Positions 39,711-49,346 of a stretch of DNA of 64,000 nucleotides are shown here, in pieces. This DNA is from an uncultured bacterium (lineage in GTDB: Bacteria; Fidelibacterota; Marinisomatia; Marinisomatales; UBA1611): contig CBFIBM010000001.1 of NCBI GenBank assembly GCA_965660855.1, positions 32,001 to 96,000 on the forward strand, given 5' to 3'. The notes beneath the pieces were generated by a model that saw only the letters and a program-made list of their open reading frames with translations, did not search any database and was not told where the DNA came from. Position 1 is the stretch's first letter; each line of letters starts with the position of its first letter. Position numbers and translations under genes: made by a program.

Positions 39711-41352
39711 TCTATTTTCTAAATCTCATTTAGAATGGAAAAATCAATTAAATAAATCTGCAGAAAGAAAAATTGATTTTGAAACCCTTTCAGGTGAACC
39801 ATTAAAAGCTTGTTATTTTCCTAAATCTCCTAATGATGATTATAATGAAAAATTGGGATTCCCAGGCCAATTTCCATTCACTAGAGGAGTACATGCTAAT
39901 CTCTATCGAGGTAAATTATGGACTATGAGACAGTTTGCTGGGTTTGGCAGTCCAGAAGAAACAAATAAAAGATTTAAACAACTTTTAAAAAAAGGGCAAA
40001 CAGGATTATCAGTAGCATATGATATGCCTACTTTAATGGGATATGATCCTGACCATTTATTTTCAGATGGTGAAGTCGGAAAATGTGGCGTTAGTGTTTT
40101 CTCATTAGATGAAATGAAAAAACTATTCAAAGATATTTCATTAAGTGAAATTTCAGTCTCTCAAACTATTAACGGACCAGCAATTATCCTTTTGGCATTT
40201 TACATCGCAGTTGCTGAAGAACAGGGAGTCGATTTAAAAAAGATTCAAGGTACATTACAAAATGATATATTAAAAGAGTTTACAGCTCAAAAAGAATGGA
40301 TTTTCCCACCTAAACCATCAATGAGAATTATAACGGATATGATATCTTATTGTGCAAAAAATATGCCCAAATATAATACAATTTCAATTAGTGGATATCA
40401 TATTAGAGAAGCAGGTTCTACAGCTGCACAAGAGTTGGCATTTACACTGGCGGACGGATTCTCATATATTGAGCATGCATTAAAGATAGGTCTTGATATT
40501 GATCAATTTGCTCCAAGACTTTCATTCTTCTTTAATTCTCATTTAGATTTCTTTGAAGAAATTGCAAAATTTCGAGCTGCAAGGAGAATTTGGGCTAAAA
40601 AACTAAAAAATAAATATAATGCTAAAAATGAAAAATCATGGAAGTTACGTTTTCATACTCAGACTGCGGGATGTAGTTTGACCGCTCAACAGCCTGAATT
40701 AAACATAGCTAGAACAGGTTTTCAAGCGTTAGCAGGTGTTCTCGGTGGTACTCAAAGTTTACATACAAATTCTATGGATGAGACTCTAGCATTACCCTCT
40801 GAAAAAGCGGCTGAAATAGCCTTGAGAACACAACAGCTGATAGCTTATGAAACTGGAGTAACAAATGTAGTAGACCCTTTAGGTGGATCATTCTTTATTG
40901 AAAATCTAACTGATAGGATGGAAGAAAAGGCAGAAAATTATTTTTCCACAATTGATGATTTAGGTGGTGTAGTAAATGCAATTGAAGAGGGTTATTTTCA
41001 AAGAGAAATTTCTATTTCGGCCTCTGAATATCAGCAAAAAGTTGATTCGAAAAAAAGAATTGTTGTTGGCGTTAATGAATTTATTAACAAAGATGAGGAT
41101 CTTGACATTCCTATCTTAGAGATAAGTTCATCAATAGAGAAAAAACAAAAAAAAATAATCAAAAATTTTAAAAAAAATCGTAATTCACATGAAGTAAATC
41201 ATGCTTTAGAATTAATTACAGAAGCCTGTAAAAAAGATGTTAATCTTCTAGTGCCAATTATTGATGCTTCAAAAAAAGGAGCAACCCTTGGCGAAATTGT
41301 AATTGCTATGAAAAAAGTATTTGGAGAGTGGCAAGAATCATCTGTTTTTTAA
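39694..41352 (+). CDS. B12-dependent acyl-CoA mutase large (substrate-binding) subunit with isobutyryl-CoA-mutase-type specificity residues
   Basis: PGQFPFTRG, MRQFAGF, QNDILKEFTAQ, SGYHIREAG, SLHTNS.DE; no C-terminal DxH B12-binding domain. Confidence 0.9.
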   Translation: MKKQLDLFSKSHLEWKNQLNKSAERKIDFETLSGEPLKACYFPKSPNDDYNEKLGFPGQFPFTRGVHANLYRGKLWTMRQFAGFGSPEETNKRFKQLLKKGQTGLSVAYDMPTLMGYDPDHLFSDGEVGKCGVSVFSLDEMKKLFKDISLSEISVSQTINGPAIILLAFYIAVAEEQGVDLKKIQGTLQNDILKEFTAQKEWIFPPKPSMRIITDMISYCAKNMPKYNTISISGYHIREAGSTAAQELAFTLADGFSYIEHALKIGLDIDQFAPRLSFFFNSHLDFFEEIAKFRAARRIWAKKLKNKYNAKNEKSWKLRFHTQTAGCSLTAQQPELNIARTGFQALAGVLGGTQSLHTNSMDETLALPSEKAAEIALRTQQLIAYETGVTNVVDPLGGSFFIENLTDRMEEKAENYFSTIDDLGGVVNAIEEGYFQREISISASEYQQKVDSKKRIVVGVNEFINKDEDLDIPILEISSSIEKKQKKIIKNFKKNRNSHEVNHALELITEACKKDVNLLVPIIDASKKGATLGEIVIAMKKVFGEWQESSVF

Positions 41353-41384
41353 AATTCAATCTTTCTCAAAGGAGTTAAATAATT

Positions 41385-42449
41385 ATGGAAAGGAAAATAG
41401 TCCATGTTATTGGAACTGGTACAATTGGAGAGCCCCTAATAGGTTTACTATGTGATTACAAAGATAGGTTGGGCATTGATGAAGTGACCTTCCATAAAAA
41501 TACTGCTCTCAAGGATGATCGATCAAAAATTATTGATTTATTAAATAGAGGAGCACGTCTTTCAGTAGATGATGGTAAACAAAAAGAATTTAAAAAATTA
41601 GGAATAGATCCAGATTTTGAAAGTACAGAATCTATAAAAAGGGCGTCTGTTGTAATTGATTGCACACCTAAAGGTGTTGGCCATTCAAACAAATTAAAAT
41701 ATTATGATAACTTTAAAAATGATGTAAAAGGATTTCTTGCTCAAGGTAGTGAAGATGGATTTGGTAAAAAGTATGCTAGAGGTATCAATGACTCTGCCCT
41801 TAATGGATCTGATCAATTTATCCAAATAGTCTCATGTAATACTCATAATATTTCTTGTATCACTAAAACATTGACCCTTCATGAAGACCCAGATAACTTA
41901 ATCGAAGGAAAGTATTTATGTGTTAGAAGAGCTAATGATTTGAGCCAAGCAAATAGCTTTATCCCATCTCCCCAAGTTGGTGTTCATGATGATCTTATAT
42001 ATGGTTCTCATCATGCAGCAGATGCTGCTGGTCTTTTTTCAACAATTGGAATGGACCTCAACCTTTTTTCATCTGCAATGAAAGTAAATAGTCAGTATAT
42101 GCATATATTGTGGTTTAATTTGAAAGTAAAAGAACCGACTACTCTCACGGCTGTAAAAGAAAAGCTACATAATAATGATCATGTGGCTATAACTAATAAA
42201 GATTTAACAAGTACAGTCTTTTCCTTTGGGCGTGATCATGGACATTATGGAAGAATAATGAATCAAACCGTTGTTGTTGAGCAGTCATTACATATAAGAA
42301 ACGAGCACGAGATTTATGGTTTTTGTTTTACACCACAAGATGGTAACTCAATACTTAGCTCAATATCTGCAGCGGAGTGGTTTTTATATCCTCACTCATA
42401 TGAGGATAAAATTCAATGTTTATCTAAGCTATTTTTTAATATAATTTAA
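41385..42449 (+). CDS. Archaeal-type (class II) glyceraldehyde-3-phosphate dehydrogenase-like protein
   Basis: G-TGTIG Rossmann loop, VIDCTPKG, QGSE, IVSCNT (catalytic Cys), VRRAND, SHHAAD and MH motifs are collinear with archaeal GAPDH. Confidence 0.72.
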   Translation: MERKIVHVIGTGTIGEPLIGLLCDYKDRLGIDEVTFHKNTALKDDRSKIIDLLNRGARLSVDDGKQKEFKKLGIDPDFESTESIKRASVVIDCTPKGVGHSNKLKYYDNFKNDVKGFLAQGSEDGFGKKYARGINDSALNGSDQFIQIVSCNTHNISCITKTLTLHEDPDNLIEGKYLCVRRANDLSQANSFIPSPQVGVHDDLIYGSHHAADAAGLFSTIGMDLNLFSSAMKVNSQYMHILWFNLKVKEPTTLTAVKEKLHNNDHVAITNKDLTSTVFSFGRDHGHYGRIMNQTVVVEQSLHIRNEHEIYGFCFTPQDGNSILSSISAAEWFLYPHSYEDKIQCLSKLFFNII

Positions 42450-42463
42450 TTTCAAAAAAATGA

Positions 42464-43846
42464 ATGAAAGTAGAGTTATCAATTAAGAAGGATCCTTTCT
42501 ACAAAACATTTATAAATACTTTATCGCAAATAAGTGATATCAAAGAAGGTCATAAAATTCTAATTGGAGTTTCTGGTGGTCTTGATTCTGTAGCTTTAAC
42601 CTATTTACTACACTCTACTAAAAAATTCAACTTAATTATTGCGCACGTCAATCATAAATTGCGAAAGGAATGTGACGATGATCAAACATTTGTTAAGGAT
42701 TTTGCTTCAAATCTAAATATCCCCTCTCATTTTAATATACTGGACCCATTAAAAAGAAAAAAAAAGATGAGTATTGAAGAGTGGGGAAGAAAAGAGAGAT
42801 ATTCTTTCTTTAACGATATTTTTATCAAAACAGATGCTGATTTTATAATGACTGCACATCATGGTAATGATCAGATTGAAACTCTTCTTTTAAATTTAAG
42901 TAGAAAAACTGGTAATGCTGGGCTTCGGGGAATTGCACATAAAAGGAAAAATTTATTAAGACCATTACTTAATTTTAGCAAAAAAGAAATTCTGAATTTT
43001 GTTAAAAGAAATAAAATCAATTACATAAATGATTCTTCAAATCAGGACTCTTCATTTACTAGAAATTTTATTAGGAATCGAGTCGTTAAACCATGGGAAA
43101 AAAAAGATATAGATATTGTATACAAAGTTTCTCAATCTATCAAGTTATTTAGCCAGTGGCATTTATCATTAGATTTTTTAATAAATAAATTTGTAATACC
43201 TGAAATAGTAAAATCAAAAGATAATTTTAAAATTGAATTAAGTTTGATTGTTGAAATGCCACTCACTCTACAAGTTAGATTACTAGAAATTTTAATGGGG
43301 AATAAAAATATTAATTTTTCTAAACATCATTATAATATGATTCATCAGTTCATAAATAAACCGAAAATTGGTACAGTGTTTGATATATTTAATTTGTGGG
43401 AGTTAAGACATGAAAGAAAATTTTTAGTTGGTTACAAAATAAAAGATATTATGAATTGTTCTTCTTATAATCTTTTATTCAATGTACCTATATTTGTTAA
43501 CAACCACATATTTGAAGTTGGTTTAGAAAATAGTATAAAATACAAAAAAGAAAATGTCCTAAGTGAAGAATTTGTTGATTTTGATAAATTAAAAGATAAA
43601 AATCTGATACTCAGGTTATGGGAAAAAGGTGATAAGTTCATTCCTTTAGGAATGAATGGTCACCAGAAAGTGAGTGACTTTTTAATAAATCAAAAAGTAG
43701 AACAGAAAAATAAAGAGAAACAATACGTTATGACAGCTGATAATGAAATTATCTGGATTTGTGGAATGAGATTATCAGATTCATTTAAAATTGATGAACA
43801 TACAAAACAGAAAGCATGCCTTATCCAATTAAAGTCAAATGATTAA
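42464..43846 (+). CDS. tilS: tRNA(Ile)-lysidine synthetase
   Basis: VSGGLDS, HVNH, TAHHGNDQIET, LRPLL, DSSN, RNFIR; TilS_C domain. Confidence 0.96.
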   Translation: MKVELSIKKDPFYKTFINTLSQISDIKEGHKILIGVSGGLDSVALTYLLHSTKKFNLIIAHVNHKLRKECDDDQTFVKDFASNLNIPSHFNILDPLKRKKKMSIEEWGRKERYSFFNDIFIKTDADFIMTAHHGNDQIETLLLNLSRKTGNAGLRGIAHKRKNLLRPLLNFSKKEILNFVKRNKINYINDSSNQDSSFTRNFIRNRVVKPWEKKDIDIVYKVSQSIKLFSQWHLSLDFLINKFVIPEIVKSKDNFKIELSLIVEMPLTLQVRLLEILMGNKNINFSKHHYNMIHQFINKPKIGTVFDIFNLWELRHERKFLVGYKIKDIMNCSSYNLLFNVPIFVNNHIFEVGLENSIKYKKENVLSEEFVDFDKLKDKNLILRLWEKGDKFIPLGMNGHQKVSDFLINQKVEQKNKEKQYVMTADNEIIWICGMRLSDSFKIDEHTKQKACLIQLKSND

Positions 43847-44393
43847 ATTACCAAAAAATTTTAAGCTTATTTATAGCGCTGAGGAAATCGATAATAAAGT
43901 AAATCAAATTGCAAAATTAATATCAAATGATTTTGAGGATTCAACTCCAGTACTAATTGGTGTGCTGAATGGTAGTTTTATTTTTCTTGCTGACTTAGTG
44001 CGTAAAATCAAAATTAAAACAGAAATTGAATTTGTAAGACTAAAAAGCTATGAAGGATTCAAATCTAAAGAAGATGTAAAATTAGTTTATAATATTAGAA
44101 AAGATTTAAAAGATAGAGATGTCTTAATTGTTGAAGATATTATTGATACTGGTAAGACATTAACTTTTTTGTACGATAAAATTCAAAAAATGAAACCAAA
44201 ATCAATTTCTGTAGTTTCATTTTTATTAAAACCTGGAAGTAATAATTTTAATAGGAAAATAAAATATGTTGGTTTTGAAATACCATCTGATTTTGTTGTA
44301 GGATATGGTATGGATTTTGATGAAAAATTTAGGAATTTAGATTCTTTATATAAAATAAGTGATGAAACAGAATATAAAGACAATTTGTCATGA
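43839..44393 (+). CDS. hpt: Hypoxanthine phosphoribosyltransferase
   Basis: GVLNGS, LIVEDIIDTGKTL, FVVGYGMD. Confidence 0.96.
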   Translation: MIKLPKNFKLIYSAEEIDNKVNQIAKLISNDFEDSTPVLIGVLNGSFIFLADLVRKIKIKTEIEFVRLKSYEGFKSKEDVKLVYNIRKDLKDRDVLIVEDIIDTGKTLTFLYDKIQKMKPKSISVVSFLLKPGSNNFNRKIKYVGFEIPSDFVVGYGMDFDEKFRNLDSLYKISDETEYKDNLS

Positions 44394-44448
44394 ATCACGT
44401 TGAAAGAATAGTTATTTTCCTGAATGAAACGTTGGTACAATATTTGCT
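44378..44448 (+). promoter_or_regulatory. Putative sigma54 (-24/-12) promoter with upstream palindromic site for ftsH
   Basis: TGGTAC-AATAT-TTGCT (44433-44448) and AGAC-AATTT-GTCA (44378-44390). Confidence 0.55.
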
Positions 44449-44490
44449 ACCATAATGTGTTAATTGCTTTAAAACATTTAAGGGTAAGGT

Positions 44491-46551
44491 ATGATAGATA
44501 ACAAACAAAAATTAAAAAATGACAATAATAAAGATAAAGATAGAAAAAAGAAGGATGATTTTGATTGGAAAAAAGCAGGAAGAACAAGTTTTGTTTGGCT
44601 TTCAATAATTTTTGGAGCTATCTACATATCTGGATTATTGACTGATGTTGGTAAAAAAGAAATAGAGATTGAATATACACAATACAAAAGTTTTCTTGAA
44701 AATGGTGAAATTGAAAAAGCCGTTATTATGGGAGAAAAATTTTATGGTGAATTTAAAACACCTAAATCTCTGCCCAATAGGTTGGGAGGGCAATTAGATG
44801 GCATTACACATTTTAAACTTACTCTACCGTTTATTGATAGAGAAAATACTGAAGAATGGGACTCAGCAGGTCTTCAATATACTTTTAAAGAACAAAAAAT
44901 TGATTGGACTGGTTATCTTTTAAATATGTTACCATGGATTCTTCTATTAGGATTTTGGTTTTTTATGATTAAGAGAATGCAAGGTGGGGCTGGTGGTGTA
45001 GGTGGAATATTTAAGTTCGGTAAGAGCAAGGCTTCCTTGTGGACTTCAGATCAACCAAGAGTTACATTTAAGCAGGTTGCTGGCTGTGAAGAGGCAAAAG
45101 AAGAATTAAAAGAAGTTATCGATTTTTTAAAAAGTCCAAAACGTTTTCAGAAACTTGGCGCAAAAGTTCCAAAAGGAGCCCTGCTAGTAGGCCCTCCTGG
45201 TACCGGGAAAACTCTTCTTGCAAGAGCAGTTGCAGGTGAAGCTGGAGTCCCGTTTTATAGTTTAAGTGGAGCAGATTTTGTAGAAATGTTTGTTGGAGTT
45301 GGAGCTTCAAGAGTAAGAGACTTGTTTGAACAAGCAAAGAAGAGCTCACCTGGAATAGTTTTTATTGATGAGATGGATGCTGTTGGTAGACAACGTGGAG
45401 CAGGAATAGGTGGTGGCCACGATGAAAGAGAACAAACTTTGAATGCACTACTAGTAGAAATGGATGGCTTTGATAATACACATAATGTTATTGTGATTGC
45501 TGCAACTAATAGACCTGATGTCCTTGATCCAGCATTATTAAGACCAGGACGTTTTGATAGGCAGATTGTGGTGGATGCTCCTGATGTAAAAGGAAGATTA
45601 GGCATTTTAAAAGTCCATACAAAAAATGTTGTAATAAACCACAGAAAAGTTGACCTGGAGTCGATTGCTAAAGGAACACCTGGAATGGTTGGAGCTGATT
45701 TAGCAAATATTGTAAATGAAGCTGCATTACTTGCTGCGCGAAAAAGAAAAAGATCCATTGATATGGATGATTTTGAAGAAGCAAAAGATAAAGTTATCAT
45801 GGGTGTCCAAAGAAAAAGTATGATTCTTTCTGATGAAGAGAAAAAAGTGACAGCTTACCATGAGGCTGGACATGCTCTTGTTGCAATAAAAACTAAAGGC
45901 GCTGATCCAGTTCACAAAATAACAATTATTCCAAGAGGTCGAGCTTTGGGAGTTACTATGCAGCTTCCAATGGATGAAAGACATGGATACACCAGAGATT
46001 ATGTTGAAGGTCGTCTAGGAATATTGATGGGTGGAAGAAGTGCAGAAATGCTAATTTTTAATGAAATGACCACTGGTGCTGGAAATGATATTGAACAAGC
46101 GACTCAAATTGCAAAAAAAATGGTAACTGAGTGGGGAATGAGTGATTTACTAGGGCCTATGACTTTTGGTAAAAAAAGTGAAGAAGTCTTCTTAGGACGG
46201 GATATGGGAAGTAGTCGAGATTATAGTGAAACCACTGCCAGGATGATTGATGAAGAGGTGAGTAGAATAGTTAGGGATGCTCAAAGACTTGCTGACGAAA
46301 TTTTAAGGAAAGAAATAGATATTCTACATCATCTCGCTAAAGAATTACTAAAATATGAAACAATTGATACAAAAGATCTTAAAATAATACTCGAAGGGAA
46401 AAAATTAACAAGGCCTCTTAATGGTAAGAAAACATTTAGATCAAAGAGAAAGGTTAATTACACTTCAAAGAGTAATAACTTAAAAAATAAACAGGTAAGA
46501 GATAAAAAAGAAACTCAAGTAAAAATAGATCGTAAAGCAGAAAAAATTTAG
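44491..46551 (+). CDS. ftsH: ATP-dependent zinc metalloprotease FtsH
   Basis: Two TM helices, [26 protein letters not shown]. Confidence 0.98.
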   Translation: MIDNKQKLKNDNNKDKDRKKKDDFDWKKAGRTSFVWLSIIFGAIYISGLLTDVGKKEIEIEYTQYKSFLENGEIEKAVIMGEKFYGEFKTPKSLPNRLGGQLDGITHFKLTLPFIDRENTEEWDSAGLQYTFKEQKIDWTGYLLNMLPWILLLGFWFFMIKRMQGGAGGVGGIFKFGKSKASLWTSDQPRVTFKQVAGCEEAKEELKEVIDFLKSPKRFQKLGAKVPKGALLVGPPGTGKTLLARAVAGEAGVPFYSLSGADFVEMFVGVGASRVRDLFEQAKKSSPGIVFIDEMDAVGRQRGAGIGGGHDEREQTLNALLVEMDGFDNTHNVIVIAATNRPDVLDPALLRPGRFDRQIVVDAPDVKGRLGILKVHTKNVVINHRKVDLESIAKGTPGMVGADLANIVNEAALLAARKRKRSIDMDDFEEAKDKVIMGVQRKSMILSDEEKKVTAYHEAGHALVAIKTKGADPVHKITIIPRGRALGVTMQLPMDERHGYTRDYVEGRLGILMGGRSAEMLIFNEMTTGAGNDIEQATQIAKKMVTEWGMSDLLGPMTFGKKSEEVFLGRDMGSSRDYSETTARMIDEEVSRIVRDAQRLADEILRKEIDILHHLAKELLKYETIDTKDLKIILEGKKLTRPLNGKKTFRSKRKVNYTSKSNNLKNKQVRDKKETQVKIDRKAEKI

Positions 46552-46579
46552 AATTTTCTTATACAATTAGGAGGGTAAA

Positions 46580-47413
46580 ATCGACAATTTTGATAAATTA
46601 ATCAAATTAAAAAACCGAACTCTCTTAATGGGGATATTGAATGTAACTCCCGATTCGTTTAGTGATGGTGGGAAGTATCAATCCACAAATGTTGCTGTTG
46701 AAAAAGGAATCCAATTAGTCAAAGATGGTGCCGATGTTTTGGATATCGGAGGTGAATCCACGCGGCCAGAATCCGATGCTGTAACAACAAGCCAAGAATT
46801 AGAAAGAGTGATCCCAGTTATTAGGGAATTACGCGATAAAAAAATTAATATTCCAATTTCGATTGACACAAACAAATCAGAAGTTGCTAAAATTGCGATA
46901 GAATCCGGTGCAAATATTGTAAATGATGTCAGTGGACTAACTATGGATAAGAGAATGGTTGAAGTAGTTGCCTCCAAAAATGTTCCTGTAGTACTAATGC
47001 ACATGAAAGGTCTTCCCAAAACTATGCAAAGAAAACCTCTTTATGATAATATAATTTTAGAAATATATAATTTTTTAAAATCTCAAGCAAATTTTGCAAT
47101 AAACAATGGTGTTAAATCTAAAAATATTATAATTGACCCAGGTATTGGATTTGGAAAAACAGTCAATGACAATTATGAATTATTAGCTAAATTAAAAGAG
47201 TTTACTAAAATGAACTATCCTATATTAATTGGTACCAGTAGGAAATCATTTATTGGGGAAATATTAAAAGACTCTGTAGACAAAAGATTAGAAGGAACTG
47301 CAGCGTCTATAGCTATCTCTATCTTAAATGGAGCAAAAATAGTTAGAGTTCATGATGTTCTAGAAATGAAAAAGGTATGTAAAATTGTAGATAAAACAAT
47401 GGAGATGTGTTGA
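46580..47413 (+). CDS. folP: Dihydropteroate synthase; probable ATC start at 46580 (first ATG at 46628)
   Basis: MGILNVTPDSFSDGG, IGGESTRP, DPGIGFGK, GTSRKSF, RVHDV. AGGAGG lies 5 nt before an in-frame ATC. Confidence 0.95.
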   Translation: MDNFDKLIKLKNRTLLMGILNVTPDSFSDGGKYQSTNVAVEKGIQLVKDGADVLDIGGESTRPESDAVTTSQELERVIPVIRELRDKKINIPISIDTNKSEVAKIAIESGANIVNDVSGLTMDKRMVEVVASKNVPVVLMHMKGLPKTMQRKPLYDNIILEIYNFLKSQANFAINNGVKSKNIIIDPGIGFGKTVNDNYELLAKLKEFTKMNYPILIGTSRKSFIGEILKDSVDKRLEGTAASIAISILNGAKIVRVHDVLEMKKVCKIVDKTMEMC

Positions 47414-48189
47414 CATTATTTAAATTAGGTTTTTTAACAATTACACTCATCGACGTACTTGATTTGCTTCTTGTCACCTGGATATTTTATAAAGTTTATC
47501 AATATTTTCATGAAACTCGCGCTGGTCAAATGTTAGTTGGACTAGTCATATTATTAATTTCTTCATTTGTTTTTAATTCTTTTGGTCTGAGTGCCATGTC
47601 ATGGTTAGTAAACCAATTTCAAACAGTATGGGTTGTTGCTTTTGTAATTCTTTTTCAACCTGAAATAAGAAGACTTTTAATATATATAGGTCAAACAAGA
47701 TTTTTTCAAAAAATTTTTAGAATGAGCACTTCTAGATCACTTGAATCAATAGTGGAATCATCTCTAAAATTATCTGAAAAAAAATGGGGAGCAATCATTG
47801 TAATTCAAAGAGAGACTGGCCTTAGATCTTATAAAGATGCTGCATTACAGTTAAAAGCTGAAGTTTCAACTCCATTGTTATTATCAATATTTAACCCATC
47901 ATCACCAATGCACGATGGCGCTGTCATTATACAAAATACACTTCTTGAAGCAGCTGGTTGTATACTGCCACTCACTGAGAGTCAAATGGTTTTACCAGAG
48001 ATGGGCACTAGACATAGAGCCGCTCTTGGTATAACAGAAGAGTCAGACTCAATTGTAATTGTTGTGTCAGAAGAAAGGGGAACAATTGCAACTGCTGAGA
48101 ATGGTAGGTTTACAAATTTAGATATGGATGAAATGAAGCTAAGACGTTACTTGAATGAACGATTATTTATCAGTTCAGGTGATTTATAA
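47407..48189 (+). CDS. dacA: Diadenylate cyclase CdaA/DacA (c-di-AMP synthase); GTG 47407 or TTG 47410 start
   Basis: Three N-terminal TM helices, FQPEIRR, HDGA, GTRHRAA, VSEE. Confidence 0.93.
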   Translation: MLTLFKLGFLTITLIDVLDLLLVTWIFYKVYQYFHETRAGQMLVGLVILLISSFVFNSFGLSAMSWLVNQFQTVWVVAFVILFQPEIRRLLIYIGQTRFFQKIFRMSTSRSLESIVESSLKLSEKKWGAIIVIQRETGLRSYKDAALQLKAEVSTPLLLSIFNPSSPMHDGAVIIQNTLLEAAGCILPLTESQMVLPEMGTRHRAALGITEESDSIVIVVSEERGTIATAENGRFTNLDMDEMKLRRYLNERLFISSGDL

Positions 48190-48239
48190 AGTTTTAATTC
48201 AGTTCTATAAACACAAATGGTACTGTTGTAAATTTTCTT

Positions 48240-49332
48240 ATGGAATTTTCTGATTTAAAAGAACAATTTAGTCAAATACAAAAAAGAGACAAAAAAATAA
48301 GGGGGTACCTTTGACTTTGATAGAACTTTTAATAAATTAGAAAATCTAAAAAAAGAATCCTTAGATACATCTTTTTGGGATAATAAAGAATATGCTTCAA
48401 AAATTTTAAGAAAAATCTCTAGAATTGAAAAAGAGATCACTACCTGGAATGATTTAAAGAGAAAACATGATGATATTGAGGTTTTATTTGAGTTTGTAGA
48501 AATTGGAGAGGTTGAAGCACAGGAGATTCAAAATGAACTAACCCACTATAAGAAAACATTAGATGATGTAGAAGTTAAATTGATATTAGGTAAATCTGAA
48601 GATCTGCAAAATGCAATCATTACAATTCATCCAGGTGCCGGAGGTACAGAAAGCCAAGATTGGGCACAAATGTTATATAGAATGTATACAAAATGGGCAG
48701 AGAAAGAAGGCTTTAAAATAGAAGTTATTGACTTTCAACCAGGAGAAGAGGCTGGATTAAAAGATATAACATTTGAAATAAAAGGAGATTATGCTTTTGG
48801 GTTTTCAAAAGCGGAAGCGGGGGTACATCGAATGGTTCGAATTTCTCCATTTGACTCCGCAAGTAGAAGACATACATCTTTTGCTTCAGTATTTGTTTAT
48901 CCATCTATTGACGAAGATATAGAAGTTGATATAAATCCTACTGACTTAAGGATAGACACATACAGAGCTAGTGGGGCAGGAGGTCAACATGTAAATAAAA
49001 CAGATTCAGCCGTAAGAATAACGCATTTACCAAGTGGCATAGTTGCACAGTGCCAAAATCAAAGATCTCAACATAAAAATAAAAACCAAGCCATGAAAAT
49101 CCTTAATGCAAGACTTTATCAATTAGAGCTAGAGAAAGAGAAAGAGAAAAATAAAGAATTAGAAGACCAAAAGATGGATATCGGCTGGGGTAGTCAAATT
49201 AGAAGTTATGTGTTTCACCCATATCAAATGGTGAAAGATCATCGTACTAAAGAGGAAAATGGAAATACTCAAGCAGTGATGGACGGGAATATAAATAAAT
49301 TCATTCGTGCCTATTTATTATCTAATATTTAG
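48240..49332 (+). CDS. prfB: Peptide chain release factor 2, expressed via programmed +1 frameshift
   Basis: ATG at 48240, 24 codons ending AGG GGG TAC CTT TGA C; the +1 frame continues to GAGGTE, SPF (RF2 tripeptide), GGQ, QIRSY. Confidence 0.96.
48300..48315 (+). promoter_or_regulatory. prfB +1 frameshift cassette (internal SD plus CTT-TGA-C)
   Basis: AGGGGG-TAC-CTT-TGA-C at 48300-48315. Confidence 0.95.
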
Positions 49333-49346
49333 AATAAAGGAATAAG

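Noticed and set aside
45255..45800. 181-aa antisense ORF in ftsH, and the many similar short antisense or overlapping ORFs in nuo, nqr, pdxS, clpC, dnaK and tamB
   Set aside because: Typical codon-mirror ORFs opposite or inside conserved genes; no independent coding signal.
48217..48232. TGGTAC before prfB as a third sigma54 site
   Set aside because: The -12 position reads TAAA rather than TTG(C/T), and there is no upstream TGAC-N5-GTCA site.
48240..49332. prfB as a pseudogene or truncated gene
   Set aside because: The internal stop sits in the canonical programmed frameshift cassette.
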